Source: Squalus acanthias
Lineage: Eukaryota
Assembly: GCA_030390025.1 (NCBI GenBank)
Contig: CM059433.1
Coordinates: forward strand, 24,368,001-24,432,000
Direction: 5' to 3'
DNA length: 64,000 nt
The notes below the pieces were generated by a model. The model saw only the letters and a list, made by a program, of their open reading frames with translations, made no database searches and had not been told where the DNA came from. The first letter of the stretch is position 1, and each line of letters begins with the position of its first letter. Below are positions 51,244-64,000 of the stretch, in pieces. The position numbers and the translations under genes were made by a program.

Positions 51244-52716
51244 AATGTTCTCTTCCATGAGAAATTGAAAATCTCAATAGTGGAAGTTACAAGTGCAAAG
51301 ATGGTTTTCAACCAGGAAATTAAATCTAATTTTCAATACAAATTACACCAGATTAAGCAAACAATATTTAAAACCTGAATTGCAGTTTACTTTGTTTGAT
51401 TTCAAAACGCGAGGAGTTTGAATGCACACATTAAAGCAAATATTTTGGTTATAATGCTATAGGTCAACAGATCAGTCTTTCAAAAGCCTTTTTAATGGCT
51501 CACACCAGCCCACCAAATGCCTCTCGGAGGAGCATCGGCTCTGAATAACATTTAAATATTTAACTCGTCACTACCTTGTCCAAATTCTGCCAGCTAATTT
51601 ACAATTCAGCGAGCTAGAAGATACCACACTTGTTCCAAGTGTGAGAGAATTGAAGCGCTCAAGCCAAGTTACAAGCAATGAATATGTTGTGTCCAGTTGA
51701 ATCCATAAGTTGCTTTATCCTATCACAATACTTGTACAATATGAACTTGATTTTATATTCCATTTGAATGCTCATTTATATGTTGGAAAGAAAAACCAAG
51801 AAACTACCGTGTGCTAATCCCAATCTGTGGTCATCTTGGGTAGTTGTGTGTGATGGGCCTAAAGTTTAGTGCTGAATTTGAAGTACAACATATTTTTGAC
51901 TATTTAATGGACAAAATGTGCATGGCAGCATGTAAAATCATTTGTAAAACAGAGATTAATCAATTTGAAAAATTAGAGAAGTTGATTTCAAAAGTAAAAA
52001 AAGTTCATTGGAAGTCACTCATTTTAAACAAATCTACTGTTAGGATTACAGGGACTGGGTTCAAATTCGATATTTTCAGGAATTTCTTCTTACAGATTTG
52101 ATTTTACTTCAGCGTTTATGTCACTGCTGTTGGAATTTGTTATTTTTTCATAAAGCTTAACAGTGACAAAAATTTGCGAGACTCAGGAACAATGGATCAA
52201 CTTTTAATGAACTACTTAAAGCACAACACATGAATACATCTGCTACAACGAGTGGCAATGAAGTTGTCACAGGATTGCTGAAACTATCCCCCACTCAAAG
52301 AAATGCTTAAAAATCAAATTCATCAGAGCATGTAATTTGGCATCATTTAAGTAAAGCTCAGCATCTATGTAGCAACTGTTGCCATCTTGCATCTGGTCAA
52401 GCCAAGGATTGCCTTCCTCCCATACAACATCTTTGGAGCCATTTTGGTGTTAGATATGCAGGATCACACTGAACCATGACCCTTCATGTGTTTTGAAACT
52501 GATGTAATTGAACTGGTGTTTTTTGCAGGTCATTCTGCATATGCTGAATGCGAGATTTACTAATGTGTTAGAAATTGTGTTTTTTTTGTGCTGCTTCAAT
52601 AAAGGTATTGAAAGTAGGTTAATTAATCTTCAAAATCAACGGGAAGTTTGTGTGTGATGCTAGTGTGCCACTTAATACAGATCATATCACTGCAGAATTT
52701 TGCTGCCCCCCACCCC

Positions 52717-52827
52717 TTTAAATAACACCAGATCAGAGTATAGCTTTAGTTCTGGACTGGTCATGGCAGCTTTAAATGACACACCTCTCCTTTCAGAGTA
52801 TAGCTTTAGTTCTGGACTTGGGTCATG
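52717..52827. repeat. imperfect local tandem duplication
   Basis: tcagagtatagctttagttctggact at 52733-52758 and 52793-52818. Confidence 0.85.
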
Positions 52828-53129
52828 TGTGGTAGATACGAACTAAACCCGCTGCAGATACTTAGGGCTAGTAATTACAAGTGTAAGCACCCTTTTAATG
52901 ACATGATGAGTGTGACTGCCAATGAACCTCTCTGGCACTGAAAATTAACTATTAGAAGTGTGGAGTCTCATTCCTTCAGGTTTTGAAATTTTCAGGGATT
53001 TTTTTTTTTAAATGTCAAATTTAAAACAAAATCTTACTTTTCCTTTGTCTGAGTTCTTTCTCTTAATCCAATCTTTCTATATCTGATTTGACATTGAATT
53101 CGCCCCCTTTAATTCACCCTTACCTTAAC

Positions 53130-53260
53130 TTACCTGACGAAGGAGCGAACTGCTTCGAAAGCTTGTAAAATTAAATAAATCTGTTGGACTATAACCTGGT
53201 GTTGTGCGACTTCTCATTTTTGTCCACCCCAGTCCAACGCCGGCATCTCCACATCATGAC
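53130..53260 (+). mobile_element. short Penelope-like element with minimal hammerhead motif (53130-53168)
   Basis: ttac CTGACGA a ggagc gaact gcttc GAAA gc tt gtaa, then ...gttggactataacctggtgttgtg...agtccaacgccggcatctccacatcatg. Confidence 0.75.
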
Positions 53261-53914
53261 CTCAGCTGAAAGTGGTGCACTGAAACAAGTCTCATGACTG
53301 AAATTGTTTGCAAAAGGTTGCAATCTTAAAACAATACTGGAGCTTTGCTGGTTAAGCTTGGAGTAGGCAAATCAGACACTTTGCTTAGTTTAGTCTTGGA
53401 AATTTTAAGTGCAGTCACTTCCCTTGGGCGTTAAATTGAGTAAAAGTACACAGAGTTTATGGAAAAAAGTGAGTTGATGGGCTAAATTTCCCTTTCTCAT
53501 TCTAGTTTTATATTAATTACATATCTAGTAGCTTTTCACAGCACAGTCACTTGCTAAAAGGTTTTTGGTCAAATTTTCCTATATAAAACATATGGCAGGT
53601 AAGTAATTCTGTAATTGTCATTTAGATAATTACACAGGACATGGCAGCCATAGCCCTTTTTCTGGTGCAGAGGATTACGGTGGGGAGAGAAATGCTCAGT
53701 CAGCTGCAGCAATAAGTTTCCAGATAGAATCCCGACCATTTTCACATTTTTTTTTTAAGTGCATTCATGTGTAAAATCATTAGTCCATCAAAAAGAATAG
53801 TCAGTTTCCCAATTGCCCAGCAAATTTATCCTGTGATCCTTGAGCCATACAAACCAGAAGGAACACTGATCCAATCCCCAATCTGGGGTGTTAGCCAGCC
53901 GACAGAGAAAAAAA

Positions 53915-56317
53915 GACTTATATTTTGAAGTGTAGTCACTGTTGTAATGTAGAAAACATAGCCATTTTGCACACAGCAAGGTCTCACAACAGCAATGAAA
54001 TAAATGACCAGATAAATCTGTTTTAGTTATGTTGGTTGAGGGAAAAGTATGGGCCAGGACACCGGGTAAAATTTCCCTGCTCCTCTTCAAATAGTGCCGT
54101 GGGATCTTTTACGTCCATCTGCGAGGACAGACGAGGCCGCAGTTTAATGTCTCATCTGAAAGATGACACATCTAACAGTGCAGTACTGCACTGGAGTGTC
54201 AGCCTGGATTATGGGCTGAAGTCGCTGGAATGGGACTTGAACTCACGACCTTCTGAGGATTGGGAGGATTTTAGAATTCAGCAAAGGAGGACGAAGAAAT
54301 TGATGAGAAAGAGAACATGAGTGTAAATTAGCAAGAGACATAAAAACAGATTGTAAATGTTTCTATAGGTATGTAAATAGGAAGAGATTAGTGAAAGTAA
54401 ACATGGGCCATTAGAGGCAGAGACAGGAGAAATTATAATGGGCAATAAGGAAATGGCAGAGATATTAAACAAATACTTTGTATCTGTCTTCACAGTAGAA
54501 GACAAAAAACATTCTGGAAATAATGGGGAACCAAGGGTCTAGAGAGAATGAGGAACTTAAAGAAATCAGTATAAGTAAAGGCATAGTACTGGAGAAATTA
54601 ATGGGACTTAAGTGGCGACAAATCCCCTGGACCTGATGACCTGCATCCTAGGGTTTTAAAAGAGGTAGCTGCAGAGATAGTGGATGCACTGGTATTAATC
54701 TTCCAGAATTCCCTAGATCCTAGGATTGGAAGGTAGCAAACATAACCCCGCTATTTAAGAAAGGAGGGAGAGAAAAAAAACAGGGAGCTACAGGCCAGTT
54801 AGTCTGACATCAATAGTAGGCAAAATGCTAGAATCTATTATTAGGGAATTAGTAACAGGGCACTTAGAAAATTGTAATATGATTAGGCAGAGTCAACATG
54901 GTTTTATGAAAGAGAAAAGAGTGTTTGTCAAATCTGTTATAGAGTTTTTTTTGAAGATGAAACTAGTAGGATGGAGAAAGGGGAACCAGTGGATGCAATG
55001 TATTTTGACTTTTAAAAAGCATTCGAGAAGGTGCCACACAAGAGGTTATTACACAAAATTAGGACTCATGGGATTGGGGGTGATATATTAGTGTGGATAG
55101 AGGATTGGTTAATGGACAGAAAACAGTAGGAATAAACAGGACTTTTTCAGGTTGGCAGGCTGTAACTAGCGGGGTACCGCAAGGATCAGTGCTTGGGCCT
55201 CAGCTATTTACAATCTATATTAATAACTCAGATGAAGGGACTGAGTGTAATGTATCTAAGCTTGTTGATGATACAAAGTTAGGTGGGAAAGTAAGTTGTG
55301 AGGAGGACGCAAAGAGGCTGCATAGAGATATAGACAGGTTGACTGAGTGGGCAAGAACATGGCAAATGGAATACAATGTGGGGAAGTGTGAAGTTATCCA
55401 CTTGGTAGGAAAAACCAAAAAGAATATTTTGTGAATGGAGAGACTGGGAAATGTTTCCTTATCGAATGCTTTTTGAAAGTCCAAATACACTGCATCCACT
55501 GGTTCCCCTTTCTCCATCCTACTAGTTACATCTTCAAAAAAACTAACAGATTTGTCAAACATGATTTCTCTTTCATAAAACCAGAGGGACCTGGGTGTCC
55601 TTGTACATGAATCACAGAAAGTTAGCATGCAGGTATAGCAAGCAAGTAGAAAAGCAAATGGTGTGTTAGCTTTTGTTACAAAGGGATTAGAGTACAAGAG
55701 TAAAGAAGTCTTACTACAATTATACAGGGCATTGGTGAGGCCACAACTAGAGTACTGTGCACAGTTCTGGACTCCTTACCTAAGGAAAGACATACTTGCC
55801 TTGAAGGAGTGCAACAAAGGTTCACTAGACTGGTTCCTGGGATGAGGGGATTGCCCTTTGAGGAGAGATTGAGTAGACTAGGCCTATATTCCCTAGTTTA
55901 AAAGAATGAGAGGTGATCTAATTGAAACATAAAATTCTTAAGGGGCTTGACAGGGTTGATGCTGAGAAAATGTTTCCCCTGGCTGGGGAAATCGAGAACA
56001 CGGGGTCAGTGTCTCAGAATAAGGGATCCGCCATTTAAGACTGAGGAGGAGGAGAAATTTCCTCACTCAAAGGGTTGTGAATATTTGGAATTCTCTACCC
56101 CAGTGAGCTGTGGATACTGAGTCATTGAGTATACTCAAGACAGAGGTCGATAATTTTTGGGGAATTAAGGGATATGGGGATAGTGCAGGAAGGTGGAGTT
56201 GAGGTAGAAGATCAGCCATGATCTTGTTGAATGGCGGAGCAGGCTCGAGGGGCCAAATGGCCGACTCCTGCTCCATGTTCTTACTCAAGAGCGCTACCAC
56301 TGAGCTACAGCTGACAC
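53915..56317 (-). mobile_element. tRNA-derived Deu-type SINE (SacSINE1-like) split by a CR1; body 53915-54257, head remnant 56284-56317
   Basis: Reverse B box gggacttgaactc just left of the CR1; gctaccactgagctacagctgacac resumes right after it. Confidence 0.75.
54258..56283 (+). mobile_element. CR1 LINE (5'-truncated) containing an inverted templated insert
   Basis: RT motifs SGVPQGSVLGP and LYRALVRPQLEYCAQFW; CR1 tail. Confidence 0.92.
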
Positions 56318-56638
56318 TTGGAGCAATAGCATGGGCACTAGATTTGGTGCCCTGGTTAAGGTTAAAGAGAAAATTCACTCGGGTTCCCACATCTAGTCAT
56401 CCTGGTTAGAAATAGGTTGAGGGGACCGGTTCAGCTCTTGTTCTTTTCCCCCACCCCCCAGTCAAAAAGCTAGCCAACACCAACAGTACTACTCACACAT
56501 GAGTAATGGCCACTTGGTCAAGGTACCAGAGTGTAACTAGGACCCATGGAACTGTATCCCAAAGAGCTAAAACTTCAATCAGGACAGTGGTGGGGGTGGT
56601 GTGGAGGGAGAAATGAGGGAAAAAAGGGACTTGCACAG

Positions 56639-56682
56639 CAATGTCACAGATTGCATTAATCAATGTCACAGATTGCATTAAT
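56639..56682. repeat. perfect 22-bp tandem duplication
   Basis: caatgtcacagattgcattaat x2. Confidence 0.9.
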
Positions 56683-57259
56683 CAGAGTTCCAAGTCATTA
56701 CTCCTTTGAGAAGTAGGCAAATGCTGCAGAATCCGACAAGCCAGCACAGTGATCAGTGTAGTGCTCCCCTCTCCCAGTTGCTCAGCTGAAATTAGAAGCT
56801 TGCTGCACAGGCAACTGTAGGCAGTACTTCTGTACCCCACAATGTTGGTCCACTATGTGCCAGAGAGCTCACTGATGCCAAATTTTGATTCTAATATGAA
56901 ACCTTTTCATAATTTACTGAAAGAGCAAATATGCCAATACGGTATTTGGTGTCTGAAATGTGAATCAATTCGTAGAAGACAAGTATCTCGAGCTAAATTT
57001 GAAAATGTTGGATGTTATGCCATGAATCCTTTTACAATAAAAATAATGCTTTGCTGAACAGTTTAAAGTATTGGGGAGCAATCACATTTCAAAAGCACGT
57101 TGTATAATCGGTGCAGCAATTATGCAGCCAATTCTCTGCAAATGCATTTGCAAAACCAAAGTCACATATGAAATCATTAAAGCTGGATCAAATGGATAAA
57201 TGTAGAAATTACAGCAATACAAGTTTGTGGTTATGGTACATAACTCAATTTTGTTCATT

Positions 57260-60200
57260 GTGTAGATAAGTGATTTAGATATAGGCCTAGAGAAAGAGTG
57301 GTGTCAAAATTTGCATACGATACCAAAATAGGAGGTATAGTTAATTCTTTAGAAAAGCAAAGGAAACTGCGAAAGATATCGATAAGATGGGGGAATAGGT
57401 TAAACAGTGGCAGATGGAATTCAATGGAGGTGACGCATTTTGTTTACAAAAATAGCAGTAATTGTACTTTGAATGGAAGTAGGCTCAGTCCTGTGAAAGA
57501 GCAGAGGGACTTTGGGTTACAGAACATTAAAGGCAGCATCTCAAGTTGATAATGGTATAAAAAAGCTAGTAGAATTCAAAGTTGTATCTCAGGAGATAAG
57601 AACCTATATAAAACCTTAAGACCTCAGTTTGCGTACTGTGTGCAGTACTGAGCTCCACATCACAGAAAGGATATTGGGACTTTTAAGAGGGCACAATACA
57701 GATTCACTAGGATGGATGCCTACCTGGTATGAAGAAATACAAAAACAAGAACTTGCATTTATATAGCACCTTTAATGTAGTAAAACATCCGAAGGCGCTT
57801 CACAGGAGCATTAACAAAACTTGACACCGAGCCACATTAGGGCAGATGACCAAAAGCTTGGTCAAAGAGGGAGGTTTTAAGGAGTGTCTTAAAGGAGAAA
57901 AGAGAGGTAGAGAGGCAGAGGGGTTTAGGCAGGGAATTCCAGAGCTTAGGGCCATGGCAGCTGAAGGCACGGCCACCAATGGTTGAGCGATTAAAATCAG
58001 GGATGCTCAAGAGACCAGAATTAGAGCAGCACAGATCTCGGGGGGGTTGTGGGGCTGGATGAGACTACAGAGATAAGGAGAGGTGAGGCCGTGGAGGAAT
58101 TTGAAAACAAGGATGAGAATTTTAAAATCGAGGTGTTGCTTAACTGGGAGCCAATGTAGGTCAGCGAGCACAGGGGTGATGGATGAACGGGACTTGGTGT
58201 GAGTTAGGATACGAGAAGCAGCGTTTTGGATGAGCTTAAGATTTTGGAGGGTGGAAGATGGGAGGGAGGCTGGCCTGGAGAGCATCAGAATAGTCGAGTC
58301 CGGAGATATCAAAAGCATGGATGAGGGTTTCAGCAGCAGATGAACTAAGGCAGGGGCAAATTCATGGGGAGAGTGGATATGGTTGGAATCTCATCTCAGG
58401 GTCAAATACGATACCAAGGTTGAGAACGGTCTGGTTCAGCCTCACAGTTGCCAGGGTGAGAGATGGAGTCATTGGCTAGGGAACGGAGTTTGCGGTGGGG
58501 ACCGAAGACAATGACTTCAGTCTTGCCAATATTTATTTGGAGGAAATTTCTGTTCATCCAGTACTGGATGTTGGACAACAGACAATTTAGAGACACAGTG
58601 GAGGGATTAAGAGAGGTGGTAGCGAGGTAGAGCTGGGTATCTTCAGCGTACATATGGAACCTGATGTTGCATTTTTGGATGATGTCGCCGAGGGGCAACA
58701 TGTAGATGAGAAATAGGACGGGGCCAAGGATAGATTCTTGGGGGGACTCCAGAAGTAACGGTACGGGAATGGGAAGAAAAGCCATTGCAAGCAATTCTCT
58801 GGCTGCAACTGGATAGAGAAAAAAGTGGAACCATGCGAGAACAGTCCCATCCAGCTGGATGACAGAGGAGCGGCGTTGGAGGAGGATGGTGTGGCCAAAC
58901 CGTGTCATACGCTGCAGACAGGTCGAGAAGGACGAAGAGGAATAGTTTACCATCGTCACATAGGACACTGTGACTTTGATAAGGGCCATTTCAGTACTGT
59001 GGCCGGGGCAGAAACTTGGAGGGATTCAAACATGGAGTTGCAGGAAAGATGGGCACTGATTTGGGAGGCAACAATACATTCAAGGACTTGAGAGGAAAGG
59101 GAGGTTGGAGATGGGGCGGTAGTTTGCAAGGACAGAGGGGTCAAGGGTTGGTTTGAGGGGAGGGGTGATGATGGCAGATTTGAAGGAGGGGGACAGTACC
59201 TGAGGAGAGAGAACCGTTAACAAGATCAGCTAACACAGGAGCCAGGAAGGGAGGTGGTGGTGAGCAGTTTAGTGGGAACAGGCTCAAGGGAACAGGAGCT
59301 GGGTCTCATGGACAAGACGAGCTTTGAGAGGGGAAATAGGAGAGAAACCAGAGAAAGATGCGAGCTCAGGGCAGTGGGGGATCCTTGGGGGAAGTTTGGC
59401 TCGGTGGACTAGCGGAAGGGAGGAAAGCGGCAGAGGCAGCTGAACAGATGGTTTCAATCTTAGTGACAAAGTTGTCCATGAGCTCCTCGCACGTACAGTT
59501 GGAGGGGAGGGTGCAGGAGACATGGGAGAGGGGTGTAAGAAGACTGCTGTGGTGAAGAGAAGCTGGGGTTTATCTTTGCATTCCAGGATGAGCCTGGAAT
59601 AGTGAGCAATTTTGGCAGTCGAGAGCAGGCCCCCGATAGTGCTTTATGTGGTCCAGCCAGATCTGGCAATGAATGGGTAAACCAGTTGCCCGCCATAAAC
59701 ATTTAAGTCAGCGACCCTTGGACTTAAGGGAGCGGAGATGAGGGCTGTACCCAGGGGATGACCTGGGTGAGAGAGTGCAATGGTTTTAATGGGGACTAGG
59801 GCAAAGGTGGAGGTGAGGGGGTGACTGAGCTGATCGATAGCTGCAGAAATGTTGTGGTGAATGGCGGGCCAAAGGCTAGACAGTTAGGAATTTGTAAGTG
59901 CAGTTACGTATGACTTGGGGGAAAGAGTTTTTTCTAGGGGCAGACACAGAGGGGAGTGGGGTTGGGAGAGGGAAGGGGATGTGGGTGGAGAGCGATACAA
60001 GGAAGTGATTGACACAATGGGGGTAGCGAGGCCACATGAGATGGCAAAACGAAGACTTGGAAAATTGGGTCTTTAAGTTCGAACAATGCAGATTGTAGGG
60101 CGATTTAACAGAAGTTTAAATTATGAAAGGCTGGCACAGGGTAGATACAAGCAAACTGTTTCCCATAGTGGAGGTCAAAAACGAGGGGGCATAAATACAA

Positions 60201-60470
60201 GATTAAATGCAAAAGATTTAGTACAGAAGGCAGGGTAGGCTTTTTTTTAAAGTTGTGAGGCTCTGGAATTCACTTCCAGCATTAGTGGTTCAGGCAGACA
60301 CGGTCAACAATCAAAAATCAGATTAGGTATGTGGATTTAAAAAAAGACTTGGTGATTATGGGAACAGGGTGGGTACTTATGATTAGAACCATTTGTTCAC
60401 ATAGTGGGTAAATACCAACATGGACTTGTTGGGCATAATGGTCTGTTTCTGTGTTGTAACTTCTATGTAT
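57260..60470 (+). mobile_element. old CR1 fragment split by an L2 (57260-57740 and 60050-60470)
   Basis: SKFAYDTKIGG on the left; matching 3' part and tail resume after the L2. Confidence 0.7.
57745..60040 (-). mobile_element. L2-clade LINE
   Basis: ILGPVLFLIYMLPLG, HMYAEDTQLY, PVLADLHWLPVKQ; L2 tail near 57745. Confidence 0.92.
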
Positions 60471-60504
60471 AAACAACTGATTATGCAGTAGTTTGAATTC
60501 ATCA

Positions 60505-61640
60505 AAATTACAGAGAGGGTTGATGCCCACTTCACCAGTCTGTCCATTATCCTCCTCACTGTTTGCTACATTTCCAGTTGATGTGTATATGGACTTCTCA
60601 AAAGGCATGAAGTGCCACATAATAGACTTGTTAGAAAAATTGCAGCCATTGGATAAAAGGGGCAGTGGCAGAATGGCTAAGAAACAGAAAGCAGAGTAGT
60701 GGTGAACAATTGTTTTTCAGACCTGAAGTAGACAGTGGTATCCCCCAGGGGTCAGTATGAGGACCAGTGCTCTTATATATTAATGACTTGGAATTGGGTA
60801 TCGGGGGCACAAAGAAATGTTGCAAACAGTGAAGATGATAATAGACAGACTGGTGAAATGGGCAGGCAGATGAAATTTAATGCAGAGAAGTATGAAATAA
60901 TGCATTTTGGGAGAAAGAATGAAGAGAGGCAATATAAACTAAATGGTAATATTTTAAAGGGGGTGCAGGAACAGAGAGACCTGGGGGCTCACATACACAA
61001 ATCATTGAAAGTGGCAGGACAAGTTGCTAAAGCTGTTAAAAAAAACACAGGATCCTTCGTTTTATAAATAGAGGCATATTCAAAAACAAGGAAGTTACGC
61101 TAAACTTTTATAAATCACTAATTAGGCCTCAGCTAGAGTATTTTGTCTAATTTGTCTAATTCTGGGAAACACACTTTAAGAAGGATGTCAAGGCCTGGGA
61201 GAAGGTGCAAAGGAGATTTACTAGAATACTAGGAATGACGGACTTCAGCTATGTGGAGAACCTAGAGAAGCGGAGATTGTTCTCCTTAGAGCAGAGAAGA
61301 TTAAGGGACAATTTAACAGGTGTGTTTAAATCATGAAGGATTTTGATAGAGTTAATAAGGAGAAACCATTTCCATTAGTGGGTGGGTCAGTAACTGGAGG
61401 GAACAGATTTAAGGTAATTGATAAGAACCAGAGATGAGTGTTTGTTACGCAGCAAGTTGATGATCTGGAATGCATTGCCTGAAAGGGTGGTGAAAGCAGA
61501 CTCAATAGTAACTTTCAAAAGGGAATTAGATATATACTTGAAAAGGAGAAATTTGCAGAGCTATGTGGAAAGAGCAGGGCAAAGAGCCAGCACATGCATA
61601 ATGGGTCAAATGTGCTACAAGATTCTATCCAAATTCTGAA
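60505..61640 (+). mobile_element. degenerate CR1 fragment
   Basis: QMKFNAEKYEIMHFGRKN, EQRDLG and WNALPERVV motifs. Confidence 0.88.
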
Positions 61641-62329
61641 ATTTGGATCGTCAGTCAAAATTACTGTAATACATTTAGCATATTTAACAATTAACTCCAA
61701 ATGTGTAAAAGTACACCACGTTATACTTGCATAACCCCCTTCAGTTTTTCCAAGAATTGATCTTACACGAAACATTTTAATGATATGGCAAAGTTAGATT
61801 ACTAGAAAACTAAGCAGGCAATAATCCAGGAACTTTAAAAGAAAGTTCCGAAACATCAGCAACTTAAAATTGGTTCAAGCAGTTTCTGATGCCTCACTGA
61901 TTATGCAAGAAATGCTGGAGATCATTACTTCCCACATCATCAAAATTTACAAAAGCTATTTCTCTACAATAGTCCATGGTTAAGCCGATAATCCAATAAA
62001 TGGCAGTTACGAAAAATTTAACTGTCACGTTTCAGGAATTTAGATTTTTCTTCTTCACAGAAAAGGACTGGGGATTAAGTTATGCGCAAGAGTTCAAAAG
62101 CAAAATAATTAGCAGGTTTCAAAAATGTCACAACCTGCAAGCACTGAAAAGTTGTATTAAAAGTAGGCAAGCCAGTTGGTGGAATATCAGGCAGTTTACT
62201 GATTTGTATATGACCTCATCTCATTAAAATGTTAAGAATTCACCTTTGGAATACTGGAAGGAAGGAATTACATTTCGATAGCACCTTTCTTGACCTCAGG
62301 ACATCCCAAAGCATTTCACAGCCAAATGA

Positions 62330-62837
62330 ATGATGTGAAGGCCTTACAGAGGGTGCAGAAAAGATTTACAAGAATGGTTCCAGGGATGAGGGACTTCAGT
62401 TACGTGGATAGACTGGAGAAGCTGGGGTTGTTCTCCTTGGAGCAGAGAAGGTTGAGAGGAGATTTGATGGAAGTGTTCAAAATCATGAGGGGGTCCAGAC
62501 AGAGTCGATAGAGAGAAACTGTTCCCATTGGTGGAAGGGTCGAGAACCAGAGGGCACAGATTTAAGGTGATTGGCAGAAGAACCAAAGGCGAAATGAGGA
62601 AAAACTTTTTTACGCAGCAAGTGGTTAGGGTTTGGAATGCACTGCCTGAAAGGGTGGTGGAGGCAGATTCAATTGTGGCTTTCAAAAGGGAATTGGGTAA
62701 GTACCTGAAGGAAAAGAATTGGCAAAGCTGTGGTGAAAGGGCAGGGGAGGGGACTAGCTGAAGTGCTCTTGCAGGGAGCCAGCACAGGCTCGACGGGCCA
62801 AATGGCCTCCTTCTGTACTGTAACTATTCTATGATTC
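62330..62837 (+). mobile_element. CR1 3' fragment
   Basis: QRVQKRFTRMVPGMRDFSY...WNALPERVVEA; CR1 tail. Confidence 0.92.
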
Positions 62838-62879
62838 GAAGTATTTTTAAATGCAAGTTTTTTTTCATTATTATTATAA

Positions 62880-64000
62880 TAGCCCTCACAGGCCTTCTTT
62901 AATTTAAATTGGTGTTCAACCTCAATTTATCCATAGTATCAGACAAATAGTTTTCTTTATTCTAAATGGAGTATACTTATTCTATACCTTTACAATCTCT
63001 TAAAAACATCCCACTCTTGCTCTACAGTCAAGTTCACCTTCCTTCACTTCGACTAGCTCCATCATCCAAAATCTTCCCTAAACCAATCTGGTGCTCTAGT
63101 TTTTGTGCTGACTTTTTTTCCTTTCTATTTCGATCTTAAACCATACTATCATGTGATCACTACTCCCAGGGTGCTCATCTACATTTAGTTCAACCTAATC
63201 TTTCATTATTCACAGCCAGATCTAGCAATGCCTCCACTCTTATAAGCTTACTAACATACCACTTGAGGAAGAAGTCCTGCACAAATTTTAGGAATTCCAT
63301 TCCCTTTTCTCCATTTACTCGCCCTCTGTTCCAATCAATAAGGGGATAATTAAAATCTCCCAGAATAATAAAGGCTCCTATTAATCTCACTATCTGACTG
63401 CGTATTTCCTTCCCACAATTTGAAGGACTGTAATACACCCCTACTAATCTAACAAGCCCCTTTTTATTTCCTCTACATCCTTGAGCTTCAATTTGAAAAG
63501 CTTCACTATTTCTCTTGCCCAAGTTTTCTCCTCTCTAATGAGAGGAGCCTCAGTTCTATCCATGATTTTACACTTATCTACGGCACACACACTTGCCAAA
63601 TAGTTTACATCTCAAAATATTCAACCAGCTTATCCGTGATAATAGATTCTGCAATTTTCCTCAGTACCAATAGTCTTATAATTTCCATTGATTCCCTTAA
63701 ATAAGGGCACTAAATTTCATTCCCCTTTAATTAAAATTATGTTTTATACCCATCCATTAGCTTTTAGTGATTTCTGTACTTGGACCCCTAAATCTCTCTG
63801 CTCATCCACAGTTCCTAGCTTCGCCATTTAGAAAATACTCTGATATACCTTGAGTCCAAAGTGGATGATCACACACTTTCCAACATTGAACACCATCTGC
63901 CACAGTTTTGCCCATTCACTTAATCTATAAACCTCCCTTTGCAACTTTCTGCTCACATCTACACAATTTCACCTAACTTAGCGTTGTCAGCAAACATTAA
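62880..64000 (-). mobile_element. degenerate CR1 fragments (EN region ~62880-63560; RT region ~63660-64000)
   Basis: VGVYYSP and ILGDFNYPLIDW (EN); reverse of FADNAKLG..WQMVFNVGKC. Confidence 0.75.

Noticed and set aside
51844..52500. Possible very old DNA-transposase (hAT-like) remnant
   Set aside because: Only vague motif resemblance; no frame or ends could be reconstructed.
52717..52827. CRISPR-like repeat-spacer pattern
   Set aside because: Only two units in a vertebrate intron; an ordinary tandem duplication.
47995..64000. gclc exon 1 or promoter
   Set aside because: No MGLL...KWGDE-encoding segment or CpG island seen; it probably lies beyond the window.

Overview
Eukaryotic genomic DNA, most likely from a cartilaginous fish (inferred from an HE1/V-SINE, a SacSINE1/Deu-type SINE and dense CR1/L2 LINEs). 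The whole window lies inside one minus-strand gene, gclc (glutamate-cysteine ligase catalytic subunit). I mapped coding exons 2-16, all with GT-AG boundaries and consistent phases (1764 nt = 587 aa + stop). Exon 1 was not found and presumably lies beyond 64000. The introns hold CR1, L2, RTE and RTEX-like LINE relics, SINEs, Harbinger-like MITEs and Penelope-type fragments. Most notable: (1) a TA-flanked, TIR-bounded DD32D Tigger transposon whose broken transposase closely resembles the domesticated mammalian gene JRK; (2) minimal hammerhead-ribozyme motifs with a compensatory stem change between copies; (3) inverted L2 copies bracketing exon 10, one ending about 6 nt from its donor; (4) a triple-nested RTE>CR1>Penelope-like insertion with twin-priming-type 5' inversions; (5) several locally templated inverted duplications. 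Repeat boundaries are approximate and family names rest on recalled motifs, not database searches.
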